DNA of 63,338 bases, filler included, from Diploschistes diacapsis (Eukaryota): assembly GCA_023645945.1 (NCBI GenBank). It is 15 parts of 15 records of this genome, joined end to end, with 100 filler letters (N's around TTAATTAATTAA, not from the genome) between each part and the next. Parts side by side here need not be neighbours in the genome. Positions count along the whole stretch, not along the records: positions 1 to 21,594 come from JALAIB010000306.1; positions 21,695 to 43,233 come from JALAIB010000307.1; 13 more parts are not named here. The stretch is one strand, 5' to 3'. This document shows positions 12,364-25,766 of this stretch, one piece after another. A program made the position numbers and the translations under genes. Within the stretch, counting starts at the first letter, position 1. Each line of letters begins with the position of its first letter. Under the pieces are notes generated by a model, which made no database searches, had not been told where the DNA came from, and was given only the letters and a program-made list of their open reading frames with translations.

Positions 12364-13914
12364 CTACCAGGCCGTAATATCTCCCACCTCCGCCTCACCA
12401 AACGTACTCGACTTTGCCATGGAGCCAACACCGTCTACGACACCATCTTCAATCACTCCTTCAACGCCCGGCGCTTCCATGATTTCCGGAAGGACCTCCC
12501 TGAAGAAGTCTAGGATATGCTTGTTTACCTGTTCGAACTGTAGTAGAAAGGCATCGTGCCCCTCTGGACTCTCGATCTTCTTGAGCCTCGAATCGGGTAT
12601 ACCCGTAGCCAATTCCTGCTGCTCCGCAAAAGTAAAGAGACCGTCGCTCTCTATGCCCAGAATCAAGGTGGGCTGTGATATTTGTGACAGCGCCTCAGCG
12701 ATAGCGTCTGGTGCTCCCGGCCGAACCCTGTTCCTGGACACGTCATGCGTATCGAGCTTTCGCGTTATGGCGATGTAGCAGTTGCTGTCGAAGCGCCTGA
12801 CAAATTTGTCTCCTTGATACCTGAGGTACGACTGTGCCGAAAAATAGGTGTTAGCGGCTTTCCCCGATGCATCGATTGGCGGCGTGGCTAAAGGTGTTGC
12901 GCCATGAAACTGCGGGTCGGTAAGTAGGTTGCTAGCTATCGAACCGTTCGATGGTGTTGTTTTTAGCTTTGGCGAACGTCGGCCTGTAGCATTCTTGTTA
13001 CCATCGTTGTGTATGGCCCAGTGGCCTTCAGAGGGTGTGGAAGGCCGCGTTTGGCCATTGATGTTTTGTCGCCGTGAAGGATCTGGGGCATTTCTGCCGA
13101 ACCTGGACTGAAAAGAATCGCGACTTCTATAGGTTAGAAGCGCCGACATACGAGCGGCGCCCAGTCCTGCCGTAGGAGGGTCTTCGAAGCTGTAGTAACC
13201 GGCCTCGTATTTTGGATCGCAGTAGATGCTCTGCCTCTGTGCCTCCCCCCAGCTGATGCCCCATGCGCTGTGATGGCTCGAAGTCGCGATTGGGACTATC
13301 GTTCGTACGTAGTCTTTGCCAAAGTACGCATACTCCAAGACCAGCATACCACCCATGGAGCCTCCAACCACCGCCGCTATTTGCCGAACACCAAGATCAT
13401 CCAAGATGAGTTTATGGAGACTAAAAACATTAAGCACTGCGGTATTGACACCAGAATGGGCGCACTCACTTAACATCATCTCTTACTGTAGTCAATGGAA
13501 ATTCGGGGCCGTATCTCTCCTCACCCGGATCTCCATCCTTGGAAGTAACGGGACTTGCGCTGCCATAAGGACTGCCCAGGCTGTTCAAGCAGACGACAAA
13601 GAATCTGGAGATATCGAAAGCTCTGCCAGGCCCGCCAAGTAGCGGTCCCCACCAGTCGCCAACGTCCGCACTGCCCGTCAAAGCGTGGCAAATGACCATA
13701 ACATTGTCGCGGTTAGCGTTGAGCCTTCCGCGCGAGCTGTAAGCCACAGGAACATTGCGCAGGGTGACACCAGACTCAAGGGTGAAAGATGGAACGACGA
13801 CAATCTCCTGGTCCGGGATAAGCTTTGCGAACGGGTTCTCGGGCTGCTGGGAGACCCTCTCTACGGGATTTAGTAGCTGATTTCAAACAGGGTTGGATAC
13901 TGACGGTACTTCAT
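12364..13914 (-). CDS. MET2: Homoserine O-acetyltransferase
   Basis: CHALTGSADV, VGGSMGGM nucleophile motif, RRFDSNCY, EGHDAFLL. A 10-nt first coding exon (ATGAAGTACC|GTCAGT) and a second intron near 13425-13470. Confidence 0.95.
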
Positions 13915-14530
13915 CCTGGCTTGATGCATCAACGCCCACTACACTGACGTTGCTATGTTTTTCATAGTTGTAAAAGAAAAGGGGAGCTTCACATGAAGGG
14001 GCAGGCACAGCATGAGTTATAAAGGCAGTAGCAGGCCGAATTTTGTCTATTTGTCTGAGCGAATAGCTGAAAATTTGCAAATGACGCCATTCTGGAATAC
14101 TGGTCGCTTCTTCTCCGCGATGAACTTGGGAAGCTATATCTTAAGCACTAATAGAATGATAAACCCCAGGTCGCCAATCTTAAAGTCTTGGGGTCGCAAG
14201 TAGATGGCGCCGTCTTGTTTCTCCAATGTGACTCCATCGTTACGTTACATCGGTTGTGTTTATTGGTAGCATCTTCCAAAGTTTACTGCCGTTTTTGGTT
14301 CCAATACTTTATTAAGAAGAATTCTCTGCTTTTGGATAACCGGCAGCAACAGCGACGTACCGAGTGATACCCACTTCCGTGCGTACATTATCATGTTTGT
14401 TTATCAAGAAGCTTCCATGGGAGACGAGGCCGCCTTCAAAAAAGCATTCTAAACTTCTGTGAATCTACTAATGACGCTCTTATGATTCTGCAATATTCCT
14501 TTATGACCAAACCTGCATGCTATCTTCCCC

Positions 14531-15812
14531 GTGTCTAATAGTATCTTGATCGCGCTCTTCCTAACCTCTTCCGTGGCGGTGAATAACAACAGCACCCAAT
14601 TCCAAAGGCTGGACGTCCGAGCCAAAGTCTGGGTCAGGAACCGCGAGCGTGATCTGGAATCGTTTAACGACAGTCGGCCTATGTACGTACGTCGTCATCC
14701 ACGTCAACATCTCATCGGTACCCCTCAGTCAGGTTTCAGGCTTCCTGAGGAAAGTTATTGTGGTCTGTCTCCATAGGATTGTTGTTTCCAGAGGTTTGGG
14801 CATGGGGCGGCCGTAAGCCAACTGCTTGAGGCGCGAAAGCGTTCTTCATCTACAGTGGAGGAGTTGCAATATGTGACTTTCACCATGGCAACTTCTTGGC
14901 CAAAGCCTAAGACTTAATGGGCAAGGAGGCGTTTGTGAATAGCAAAAGCGTGTGGTATCGTAGCTGGGAGACCACTCTTTCTGAAAACGGGATCGTGATG
15001 TTTGCGAGCAACGTACCCTTGGACGAAGAGATTTGACGACAAATCCAAGCAAGATACCTTGGTGAAGATTGTCACTTCGCTACAAGCACTATGGTTTGTT
15101 GTCCAAGTCGCTGCTCGAGGTCAACAAGGGCTTGTCATTGCTCCAATGCAGATCGGCACCCTAGCGCATGTCTCTATGGCGGCCTCCATCCACAGCTGCT
15201 GGTGGTACAAGGCATATAATATCAAAGTACCCCGGATAATAGAAGGCCGACCAGCAGGAACAAGTGCAGATCAGATAGACCCGCAGGCATGGTACGCCGG
15301 CGAGGATCGCAGGAAGCTTAGAAGACTTTTGTCTGTTCGTATCAAATTGAGACATCTGACCGAGGCTTTCTACCAAGCAGGCAAGGCGTCGGTCTATGAT
15401 GTTTACCACCTAATCGTCCGTTGGAGCGAACCGGCCCATGATCCTGGGGGCTTTGACATCGGTCTTCACGGCCGTGCACTGCGCAACGTGGAACTACCGG
15501 CTCCCTACCCCAACCGGGGCATTGCTCTGGCGCATCCTCACCTGTGGGGGAATACTCATCGGCCCGTAGGCGTTCATTGAGGCGACGCGCTTGTCGTCGG
15601 GAGTGTAGTGGCGGTCATGCGGGAAATGGTGGGGCTTGGTGTACATTGTGTCTATGAGGTTCTCTGGGGCATCTTCAGTGCCTTATATCTGGCCAGTCGG
15701 TTGTATGTCATGTGGGAGAGCTTCATTGCCTTCAGGAGTGCTCCCGAGTGGCGTTTACCAGCAGGTTGACTGGTCCGTCCATGTTCCGCACTATGGTGCC
15801 TGGATGAAGTGA
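14531..15812 (+). pseudogene. Frameshifted gene of a fungal uncharacterised multi-TM family
   Basis: Family-typical blocks lie in different frames: GWTSEP..GT..IW..T..LC...IHVNI; DKSKQDTLVK..LQALWF.VQVAAR..QGL; RLYVMWESFIAFRS..GVYQQVDW..VPH. Confidence 0.6.
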
Positions 15813-16312
15813 CATTCTTCCATCAAGCCAGGTTTCAGGCCCATCATATATTTGTGTTTCTGCAACGTTTTTCGAGATAGAGCACAAGAGATCTGTTCCG
15901 GCTAAGATGATCGGAGACTGCACAATTTGCAAAACCAACAGGACTAGTGCTGCGTAACGAGGCCAACTTAGCCTCTTGTTCGACCTTGTTCGCGAGCACT
16001 AGTGTGAGCGTGAGCATCGTCCTGTATGCCTCTCGGTCCAACCACCAAGCAGCGTTGCAAGGAAGCTTTTCTTCAAAAAGGGTATCCAGACTTTGAGTGC
16101 GGTTTTAACCCTTGAGGCTACATCTCTGAGAAAAGATTCAATCTCCGGCTGAAGCAGTAATGCTGGTGAATCGCAGATACCCCAGTTTCTGAATACTGTG
16201 TAACTTGATCTGTTGTTTGCTTTTTGATCTCGCAGGTCCAGCTCTTGGGTTCCAACAGCTGTTCCGCGCAGCCAAGCCATACTAGTGATAGTTTGCACAG
16301 CAAACGCCTTTC

Positions 16313-19300
16313 CTACCACATTATACCCTCACGAGATCCTGGGATGCTTCCGATCAAATTATGAACTGAGTCTGGAAGTTCTGGGGAGAGCTTCGAGTAT
16401 CTCGGAATCTTTTGTGATTGAGTTAAAGGGGCGTTCGGTTTTGCGAAGTCTGGACAAGGCGCCTGCTCGTATAGAGAGATAGGGCCGTTGCTGTTCAGTT
16501 CAAGCATTGAGACTCGGCCTCGCAAAATCATGATGAAAAGATTGCCTATCACATAACGTCTTAACCGGCTATGTTGGACCCGCTCTGGTGGAGCAGGGAA
16601 GACTCTTCGGCCTTTCCATTCGAACCAGCCATTTCTCAAGGACCAGCCAACTAGACATTTGTCCTTTGCGGATGCAAGTGTTCCGGTACCAATACGGCCC
16701 ATTTCTGTGTCAATATACTCGCCTGTATCTGAGAACCTGACATCCCCTATCAAGCCAGCATCTATGTAAAGAATGTAAAGAAGTTGCCTGGTTTCCACAT
16801 CCCAAAGTCCTACTCTGTCGGTAATTGACATGATCAATTTACTATCAGATGAGAAGGTCAACCGTGTCGTATACCAGGATACTCCATAAGAAAATGTATC
16901 GACCACAAGAGTTTTACCACGCATCACGTTTTTCTCCATGCTGTAAAATAAGAATGGCTGTGTGCGTTCCAATGGCGAGTTATTTGCCATTGTATGAAAA
17001 GGCTGGACAACAATACACCGTATAATGGCGACGCCCCATGCCAGAATCAGTGATTTCACGATACATGGACTTCATCTGTGACAGATCTATTGGGCACACA
17101 ACACCGTTGGACTTTTGGCATGCCAAAATATTGCTCTTCGGCGAGAATGCAGGCATTATCCAGACATCATCGTCAAGGATAGTCCCGCATTGTAGCAGTA
17201 CCCAGATCCCAGAGTAGATATCCAGGCCCAATATCCTCCATACTTTGTTGTAGTCTAGGTGCGCTTATCAGCTGCTTGTTATCCGATGAAAATACCATGT
17301 AGCCAACGGGAAGGTTGGTGTACGCCCTGGAATGTGGTGCGTTTTAAGTGCTTTTCTAAATCCCATATCTCAATGAGACCGTCTTCTGATCCGGCCGCTA
17401 GTAGTTTTCCGTCTGGTGATAGCTTGAGAACAGAAATGCTTGCAGAATCCTCGGCTATAGCATTTGTCATGTCTGTCGCTGCAATATCGACATTCCATAA
17501 CCATATGATTCCATCATAATCTAAGCTTGCTAGCTGTTTACCATCTGGTGATAAAGCCAATGAACGAATAGGCTGGCCACTGCCCCTGAGCCTTTTACAC
17601 AGCATGCCTGTCACGCTATGCCATAGAGAAGGCTCTTGTGAGTACCTTGTGGCCATTAGTAGATACTTTCCGTCCGGCGAAAAAACTGGGAATGGTGAGA
17701 ATACATTGTCCCTGATCCAATCTTCGTATACATTGTGTATATTTCCAGTGTCCAAGTCCCAGATATGAATGCGTGGCCTAGCTATGGCCAAATGTTCGTC
17801 GTTGGGAGAGAACGCTATATTGCGAGTGGTAGGGCATGTAACGCTCTGCAAGAGAATGCCGGACGAAGCGTCCCACAATCGAACTCTTTCATCCTCGTAC
17901 GACGCAGTGGCTACAGTTTTGCAATTCCACGAAAACTGCAGTATGAGGATGCCGGCGATATTGATAGTCGTTGTGCTACAAATTGTACATTCCGGCCAAT
18001 TCCACAATCGAACAGTACCGGCTTTTGATACAGCGCCCACCTGTTTCCCGTCTGATGAGAAATCGAGCGTAGGCCCTAATTTCGACAAGAAGAAGAAGAA
18101 GTCTATGTCGTTGACGGTTTTGTTTACTATGCCCGTTGTTATATCCCGTTGTTCGATTGCGCCGCACATGCACATGCGTATGATGGCCAAAGTACTACTG
18201 TCAGATGAGAATGTAAATTTGTGAAACAAGGGTTTAACACTGCGTAACTGACCAGTAGATGGAGTCCATGTTTTGAGCTCTGCCCTACCTCCAATTGCCG
18301 ATAGCTAGACTGACTAACATCTTTCCATCTGGTGAAAAGGCCATTGATGAGGAGAACGGATGTCTATAGGCTTGTAGGACTTGCAGGTCATGGGCTCCAT
18401 TGGCTTGGACCATTCAAGAACATGGTCACCAATTGCGGTATGTGATGTGAATAAGCTTTCCGTATTACGCTCTCCTGTGGGCTGAAGAGAACTGCAGAAA
18501 GGTATGCCTGCCGTGGATCCTCCTCGATGATGGATCTATTGCTGAGTATTATTCTCCTCGCGTCATACAAAATTGCGTCAGGTTCTTTATCCACTGATGA
18601 CTGGAAGATTAATTAGCTGAACATTCTGATAAAGTTTTCTCGCCAAAGGAATGAACTTGCATCAACAAGGAATTTTATCTGTGTGACTGCAATCACACTC
18701 TCAGACATTCCTCCCATTAAGCTCATAGCTTCAAGCCAGTTTAGGAACTTCTCTTTAAAGAAGAGATGAACGGCTCCGTCGTTGCGCAGACCAGCCTCAC
18801 GTCTATTTGCTCGGTTGATCTTGCCTAGCTGATTTGCCCAGTATTTGCATGCGTACTGGACGTGTTTGGGCAGGTACGTTTCAAGTTCTCCTTTGGGCAA
18901 TGTTGAGAGCCCACGCCGTTGCAGATGGGCAAATGTCTTGACAGAGACCAGTTGATAATATCTGCAAACAGCTTTCTGTCAGACGCATATGCGCAGTCCC
19001 CGAGTCAATATGAAAGCCTCGATTCAAGCACCGCTCAAGCAGGAATTCTCGAAAGAGAAGGATGAATTGCGCGCAAAGGGTCCTGAATATTACGAGGCAC
19101 ATGTATTAGGGATTGATACGGACGAAATGCAACCAGGATCTGTTCGCTCAAGGACAAGTCAAGCAGAGACGACAGAGATGAAGCTGACAAGTTGTCGAAT
19201 AGGACGATAAAAGATCCGATGACGCGCTGAAAGCGTTCAATATATCGATTGAGCGCTAGTCCTGGGGGCATGCTCTTAATGGGATGCTCCAAAACGGTAG

Positions 19301-20753
19301 CGTACATGCTATCAAGTTCGGGCAATTCCGAGCCTGCGGAAGAGCTGGTTTGCAGAATAATCGCAAGGCGTTCCTTGGGTGAGTCGGCCCGATCACCGAT
19401 GAATTTGCATATAGTGAAAGCATAAATGAACAGCATATCACATTTCTCCAGGAGTGTCCCCAAGATTCCAGGCCCAGGCCAATTGGAAAGCTGATGCTCG
19501 CCGCTGATGCGCTCAAATTCTGTCTTCAAGTACACTGATATATCATGTTCTGCAAGCTGACGAGGAATTTCACCAAGATCGAGATCTTGGTGTATGATGT
19601 CGGGCATGTTCGAAAAGCCATGACGGATGGGAATCTCCCTTCGACTGGTCCAAAACACACGCAATTTGATCCCGACTAAAGACTGCAGCTCGAGAAACAG
19701 CCGTAATATTAGACCAATATCGTCCTCTCGATCACAACTCGTCGAGGGCGTCTATCACGAAAATCAAGTTTTTGAATGCCGGTGTAGGAAGCGTCCTTGG
19801 TCAACTCCGTGAGGGGGCCGAGTATAAGCTCCTTCCACTGATTGTACATGCCTTGGTAAAGGAGGTTCTCATGGCTCGCAATGACGGCGGAGACATATGG
19901 CTTGAGCAATGGCTGTGCATACACCAGTTGGCGGGTAAGGGAACCAATAAACTTGCCTGCATGGGCCAAGGACGCCACGGCCTCCAGAAAAGAGGAAGCT
20001 CCCTGCAAGAAGTCCGCAGCTTGAGAGGGTTTTAGCGACTGTACGGCTAATCGTAGACCTGCCGTATAGACTTTGGCATCATCAATCAATCAAGTCAAGG
20101 CAGATTCTCAACAAACTTTCCCGCTCCAGCCAAACGACTAAGCCAAAAGATCTGCTGTGCCCCTTTTGAAGCTCCATTCTTCAATCTCCGGAGAAGATTG
20201 ACCCTCGTATCCGCCATGCAGTGAGGCTCGTGTTCTCGATACCAGGAATCAAAAGCGGCACCTTCCTCAAAATGGTAGCTTTGAGAGCTGGTGGTCCATC
20301 TCGATGGCAAATAGGCGGAGCTGTTTGATCAGCCTGATCAGACCTGTAGCTAGAGTGCTCCTACCTATGGTCAATCTGCAGGTACAAGCTGACTTCCGAC
20401 CTGTATTTTTCCAAGTTCGAAACACATTTTTCTAAGTCTTCCTGTTTCAGGGGCCAGGCGAGGGACCGCAGCCCCATCCTGTGCATGGCTCTTTTTCCTT
20501 TACCTTGGTCAAGTCTGTTGAGAAGGTCTGCAACCTCAGTTTCGGCTTCTTTTATCGCCTTCGCGAGCTGACTGCGCATGGAGATCCCAGAGGAATTTGC
20601 ACTATTAGCAAGTTCTTGCAGCCTTTGAAAGGTCTCCTGGAAAGTCTCGACCTCATTTTGTAAGCGTTTGATGTCTTCCCGTGCGTCCTTCACATCGGCG
20701 TAGTACTTCCAGCTAAGAGATAGAACTTTTGCGGATATTTCAATAAACCGCAA
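16313..20753 (-). pseudogene. Degenerate fungal NLR (N-terminal helical domain - NACHT - WD40; HET-E-like architecture)
   Basis: N-terminal STAND helical domain (KYYADVKDAREDI..RSLAWPL), HEPHCMADTRV, P-loop WLSRLAGAGK|STISRTVA split by an intron, YACKYWA, FLNWLEAMSL, PRQAYLSAVLFSP, WD40 repeats. Several frameshifts (e.g. ~19970, ~19750, ~19050, ~18900). Confidence 0.85.
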
Positions 20754-21476
20754 TGATAGTTCCTGGATCCATCACGAAGCGGGTCTTACCCCGCCTTGCT
20801 TGCTTCAAGGCGCCATCAAAGCATAACATTATAAAAGGCAGTGTTCCCATGTTTCAGGGTCCAGGAGTTTCTGCGCAGGGCAGGTTCTGGAAAGCCAGTC
20901 CTGCAAGAAGACGGTGTCTGGGCAGCAAGGCTGTCTTGTTGAAAGAGTCCATTTCCATGCGATGAAGACCTAGACATATATTTTCGTTTAGAAAGCCTGG
21001 AGAGCATGACCGTGACAGCGCATACATGTACAATCAATTGCTGCAAAGGATGGCCGTCACGGCGGATCTAGCCTGTCGAAGTGATGTGTCTGACCATGGG
21101 CTAAAGACGGGGGACAAGCGCCGATAGACAGCGCCCTGGCAGCTGGGAGTCATTGTTATCTTTATCGAACAACAACACCCTCCATGCCTTCAACTTTGAA
21201 GGATAGTCATAGTGTTCCGACCTTAACGTTGCCGAGCTATTGATTCAGAGTATTATCCATCGACTCATGAACGTCCTTCCCAGGCCCCACCCGCTGCTCG
21301 CGCGCGCGCCTTTCCGCACCATCGTGACACTGTCATGTCGACGTCATATCCCCCTCTCCATACAACAGCGCGCGCTCATCTGAGCTACGACTGAGCACAA
21401 AGCATACCGTCCTCTCCAAGAACGGGGAAAACCGAGTTTCAGCGGTCCTTCGAATTATTATCCAAAAAGAAAAAAG

Positions 21477-21581
21477 ATGCAGCTCACGGGATCCTGTTAC
21501 TGCCGTGCGATCGAGTACAAGATCGAGTTGGCGAGCGCGGACGAGGCTCGGACGAGTCTGTGCCACTGCAAGAACTGCAAG
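21477..21581 (+). CDS. GFA/Mss4-like Zn-binding protein, first exon (truncated by contig end)
   Basis: MQLTGSCYCRAIEYKI...RTSLCHCKNCK followed by a GTATGA donor. CxC...CHCxxC is the GFA signature. Confidence 0.85.
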
Positions 21582-21594
21582 GTATGAGAAGTAC

Positions 21595-21694
21595 NNNNNN
21601 NNNNNNNNNNNNNNNNNNNNNNNNNNNNNNNNNNNNNNTTAATTAATTAANNNNNNNNNNNNNNNNNNNNNNNNNNNNNNNNNNNNNNNNNNNN
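21595..21694. other. Artificial contig linker (N44-TTAATTAATTAA-N44); 14 such linkers in the window
   Basis: Identical 100-bp six-frame-stop spacer also starts at 43234, 44783, 46331, 47879, 49427, 50974, 52521, 54067, 55613, 57159, 58705, 60250 and 61795. Confidence 0.98.
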
Positions 21695-22031
21695 TAGCCA
21701 TGGAGGGTGGGTGGGCATGTCGATTGGTATATAGCTCGTTGGATGTCTGAGCTCTTTTGCCCCCCGGATGGATGATACTCCCGACATTGTTGTTGCCAGC
21801 GAGGAGTGTGCTGTGACAAGATGACGTTGTGTAAATCTTGGCCTATCTGTAGGTCATCACATAGAGGCGTCAGGCATTTATGGACAGGGAGCATTACATA
21901 AAGTCCTTCCTAAACCCAAGTGGTCACGTAGAAATAACAACCGAAACCACACATTTACTATTCCTAACATCGGAAACATTACCATGATTTCTGGGACTTC
22001 CAGTTGGATTACTTCGTTGCTTCATTTACCT

Positions 22032-22360
22032 CTAGTACTGCGTGACGTTCCTACATGGCACCAAGCCTAGCGTCTTCCCCCCAAGATCGCTACGTTCATT
22101 ATCTTCTCGATAAAGAAGGTATTGATTGCTTGATAGAGGTCGGGTAAGTCGACCATCACCACGGAATAGCCTTATTGGTTCCCCACGACGAGAACGAGTG
22201 GTGTGATGCCACTGCGACGCATCGTTATCCGACTGAAGAAGCTCGGCGTCTGGACGCACCTCGCTCAGCCAGTGCTTGAATCGTCGTCGCTCCAGGTCCG
22301 CATCAACCTTCTCGAATATCTTTATACTTTGGTTGGAGGGTAATTTGTGCCAGCATTGAA
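22032..22360 (-). pseudogene. Possible degenerate member of the orphan tandem family
   Basis: FEKVDADLERRRFKHWLSEVRPDAELL resembles FIDKTLDRCGLKRIALRDVMPGVELL of the 26215 copy. No in-frame ATG found. Confidence 0.35.
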
Positions 22361-23709
22361 GACATGACCAAAACTATGACATTCGGAGGAGGCTTGGATG
22401 TTCATTTTCTCCGGGCCGCTCTACTCAAGTTTTGTTATCTATGGCTTGTGTGCGTGTATTGGACCAGCTTGCTACGAGTTCTGCGACTGGGCAAACTGAG
22501 ATTCATAGTCACCATAGGGGGAAGGACTAGTTATATATGCCTATCTCTCATATATATCCTCTTTGTCTCTGAACGGAGAATGACTTCATACACTCTTGAA
22601 CACTCGTCCTTTTTGCAAAGAGAAGAATAAATCAATCGAGCCCAAATTCTCGACCTCTTCGTGAGTTCGCTAGGTTGTTGTTAAACCTCAAGGCTGGCGG
22701 TGTAGAAGAGAGAATGGTATGGCCGTGACTATCCGCACACAGATACTGGTACCCAAAATCCTTCATAACTATACATAATAACAGAGAAATGATCCACAGC
22801 ACGCTAATACTAAGTCCTTCGTCGTTGTACGATATGCGGAAATACCGTGATTCCATTCCTCAAAACTACCATTTCTGAGCATGCCGATCACGTTCTCTTC
22901 CTGTGAGTATACTCTTATCTTAGTCACAATGCCTTGATGCTGGAAAATGACCCACTATACCTTGGTGCTGAACAACCATAATCCCCAAGACCGACTTCGA
23001 GTCTCAATACCGGGTAATATAAGGGGGTATGCAGAAACCTTGATCGCCCCTCCACGAAGTGATGATGGTATCATGCAAGTCTGCAGCGTGGGGGCTGCAA
23101 AAGCGTGTAATATGTCGCCTTCACTTGTTGCTAGCTTAAGAGCAAGGTGAGAGTAGAGAGGAGAATTGTCGTGTTCGAGGAGTTGATGGAGCTTTCGAAT
23201 AGTCTCTTTGAGGACGAAGGTTCGACAGTGCAGCGCCAGCTCCATGGCTCTAGCGAAGCATGTGGACTAATCAGTAAAGCTTATGTCCTAGTAAGCCTAA
23301 ACCTGTGACGAGACACTTCGCACACATCCTAACCATAGGTGGTAATGCAGCATGCTCTCAAAATTTGTCAGAAATGGTAGAGTGCTGGATCGGGCAGCCT
23401 GGAGTGTTGGCATGTGCTAAGACCTATGAGAGACAGACGACAGCACCACGGATGCAGAGATCAAGCGACCAATTTTTGCGTTGCTAAGACTGTACGTTAA
23501 GGACGTAAAAGCCAGGCCACCAATTTCTACCCTGCGAAGACTTGTTCGATACTTTGACATCGTGTAATATATGTATAGTCGAAATTAGCTTTAATGATTT
23601 TCATGATTAAATAAGGACAGGAGTAGGTGCTTTGCAAAGCAATGATCATTGATCTGATGCTCGGATTGTGGTAGTAGTTAGCCTTATGTCTGAAATCAGT
23701 TCCTTACCA

Positions 23710-24055
23710 GCTCATCAACGGTCAGTAATCTCATGGGTTTCCTTTAACGTCTTCGCCAAATATTATGTTCAACCATAGCTCTCCCACAGCCGAGATTGTT
23801 TAGCAGCCGGCAATTCCCATCAATTTTATCCTTCACTTAATGCGATGATCGAGTTATACGGGGCAATACTGTCCATGTTGCTTTAAATGTACTGAATAGC
23901 TATAACTTGCTTTATGGAGCACTCCGGATGCAGTTGAACAGCTTCCGCTTCATATCAAGGTAGCAATGGAGATAAGTCCTGGCAGCGAAATCATATAATG
24001 AGAGAATGGATGTCTATGTAGTCTATTAAATCGAAAAGGTTTCTAGCGATCCGAG
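23710..24055 (-). pseudogene. Degenerate member of the orphan tandem family
   Basis: FRFNRLHRHPFSHYMISLPGLISIATLI*...LHKASYSYSV aligns with LRLNNLLRMSRHY..GLRGLLPNAEMF...LFTATYRYLM of the neighbouring ORF. In-frame stops present. Confidence 0.45.
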
Positions 24056-24285
24056 ACAAAGACAAAACATAAATTTAGCTTCAGAGATCAGAAATTGATG
24101 AGAATGGACTGGTAGAAACCCCAAAGAATGTGTGTTTTCAGAAAACGCCGACATTGACATGCGTACTAGAGATATCTTAACCAGCGTATCTAAAATCCAG
24201 TATCTTCCATTGACAATAGCTTTACATGGTCCCATCACTAGCCATTTGACGGTACTTACCTGCTCTTGCCATTGTTGGCAACACT

Positions 24286-24795
24286 CTAGGCACATCTCTC
24301 TCGTGGCGAGCGAGTTGCCCAGGCCTCAAGCTGGTCGTAGCCGAACTTACGCATGGTCTTGCGCAAAAGGATAACCGTAAGATCTGCAACCAGTGACCTC
24401 TTCAACCCTCTACCAGTAAGGACATTATCCAACAGTGGCTTCGATATCTCGTGAAGCATCCTAGACTGCTCAATCCGATGCACCACCAGGTTGAAAGTAG
24501 TAGGGGTCCATGCCTCGCTGATCACATAGTAGAAACCTTGGCTTCGCATCAAATACCGATAGGTGGCTGTAAAGAGCGTTTGAGTTTCCAATGGTTTGTC
24601 GAATGCAATACACCTCTCGAACATCTCTGCGTTGGGTAAGAGCCCTCGTAACCCACCTCTGGATGGTGAACGATAATGACGAGACATTCGGAGGAGGTTG
24701 TTCAGCCTTAGGAGATCTCTTTCTCGTGAAGGAAACACCCTCTTCAGCGGTCCATCATCCCACAAAATGACGGGTTTAGCGTAGTTTGACACCAT
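24286..24795 (-). CDS. Orphan tandem family protein (169 aa)
   Basis: MVSNYAKP...GGLRGLLPNAEMF...YRYLMRSQGFYYVI...VHRIEQSRMLHEI. Intronless. Confidence 0.65.
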   Translation of the reverse strand: MVSNYAKPVILWDDGPLKRVFPSRERDLLRLNNLLRMSRHYRSPSRGGLRGLLPNAEMFERCIAFDKPLETQTLFTATYRYLMRSQGFYYVISEAWTPTTFNLVVHRIEQSRMLHEISKPLLDNVLTGRGLKRSLVADLTVILLRKTMRKFGYDQLEAWATRSPRERCA

Positions 24796-25355
24796 TGTAG
24801 ATGGGGACTGGATTAAATTTGGCAGAGAAAAAGACAGGTAAGTCAAGTCGACATAGTTTTAACCGGACTGGTATACAAAGAGATAGCACTTACATTGTCC
24901 CATAGGCCGTGTCTTTGTTCGGGTAATAAGCGCCGTATACACAAAAGAAGACATTGACAAGCCAAGATCGCTGACAAGAGTGTCTGTAAATTCGCATGTA
25001 GTTGATTCTAATGGAAAATGTATATACCTAATGATGATCTTCTTCATTAGTACGGAACATGACTATAATGCTTACAGTGGGTAAGCAGCCACATATCGGA
25101 TGTCGAAGTCAAGCGAAAACCTCTCATTAGCTCTGTATTATGCTTTTGTAATGCCCCGTCTTTGCGCCATACAGAATGTTTTGACCTGCTGTAACAACTT
25201 ACTTTCGGCTGGCAGCAATCTCTGTGGCTAAAGGATCTTAAGTCTTGTACTCCGTTTGACACGTGCAACGTTACAACAAATACAACCTCCATCACAAGGT
25301 ACATACCAACATCTTCCCAGTACCTTCTCTCACCAGACCCTAATATCCCACCCTC

Positions 25356-25766
25356 TCAAGCCTGCTTGAGTAGCACTAAGCTAAGCGGCTGGGCTCCATC
25401 ATCATTATGCAAGCGACTGATGATCTCTTCCAACGTTTTCGGCTCTACGATTTCATAGAGCGTCAATGTCTCTACTGGTTGATCGTCACCGTACAGTGAG
25501 AGATAGTAGTGCGTGCGACCACTCTTTAGGATATACCGGACTGTGCAGCGCAAGAAGCGTTCTGACGGCACAATCTCCTCGGCACAGACGCTGAAGAAAA
25601 GAAGTTCGGCATTCGGAATGAGGCTCTCAAGTCCGAGTTCAAGGCCTTTCCAGCCTTTTAGCTGATCGCCTAAGCCCCCGAGTATTTCTTCCGTGACCGT
25701 TGACCAGCCCCATTTTCTAGGATCGAGAAAGGCCAGCTCAGGTACGGCTTTTTGCTTTCTTGGCAT
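25356..25766 (-). CDS. Orphan tandem family protein (136 aa)
   Basis: MPRKQKAVP...GLESLIPNAELLF...VRYILKSGRTHYYLSL...LYEIVEPKTLEEIISRL. Confidence 0.65.
   Translation of the reverse strand: MPRKQKAVPELAFLDPRKWGWSTVTEEILGGLGDQLKGWKGLELGLESLIPNAELLFFSVCAEEIVPSERFLRCTVRYILKSGRTHYYLSLYGDDQPVETLTLYEIVEPKTLEEIISRLHNDDGAQPLSLVLLKQA

Noticed and set aside
9694..13111. Many long antisense or alternate-frame ORFs over the SAP and MET2 genes (also over CSN6 and Sif2-like)
   Set aside because: Shadow ORFs of GC-rich coding sequence with no recognisable motifs.
22632..23245. ORFs 22955-23245 and 22632-22856 as further array members
   Set aside because: Only vague similarity (IRKLHQLL, RYFRISY) and the central GLxGLLPxAE motif is not clear. 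Left unassigned.
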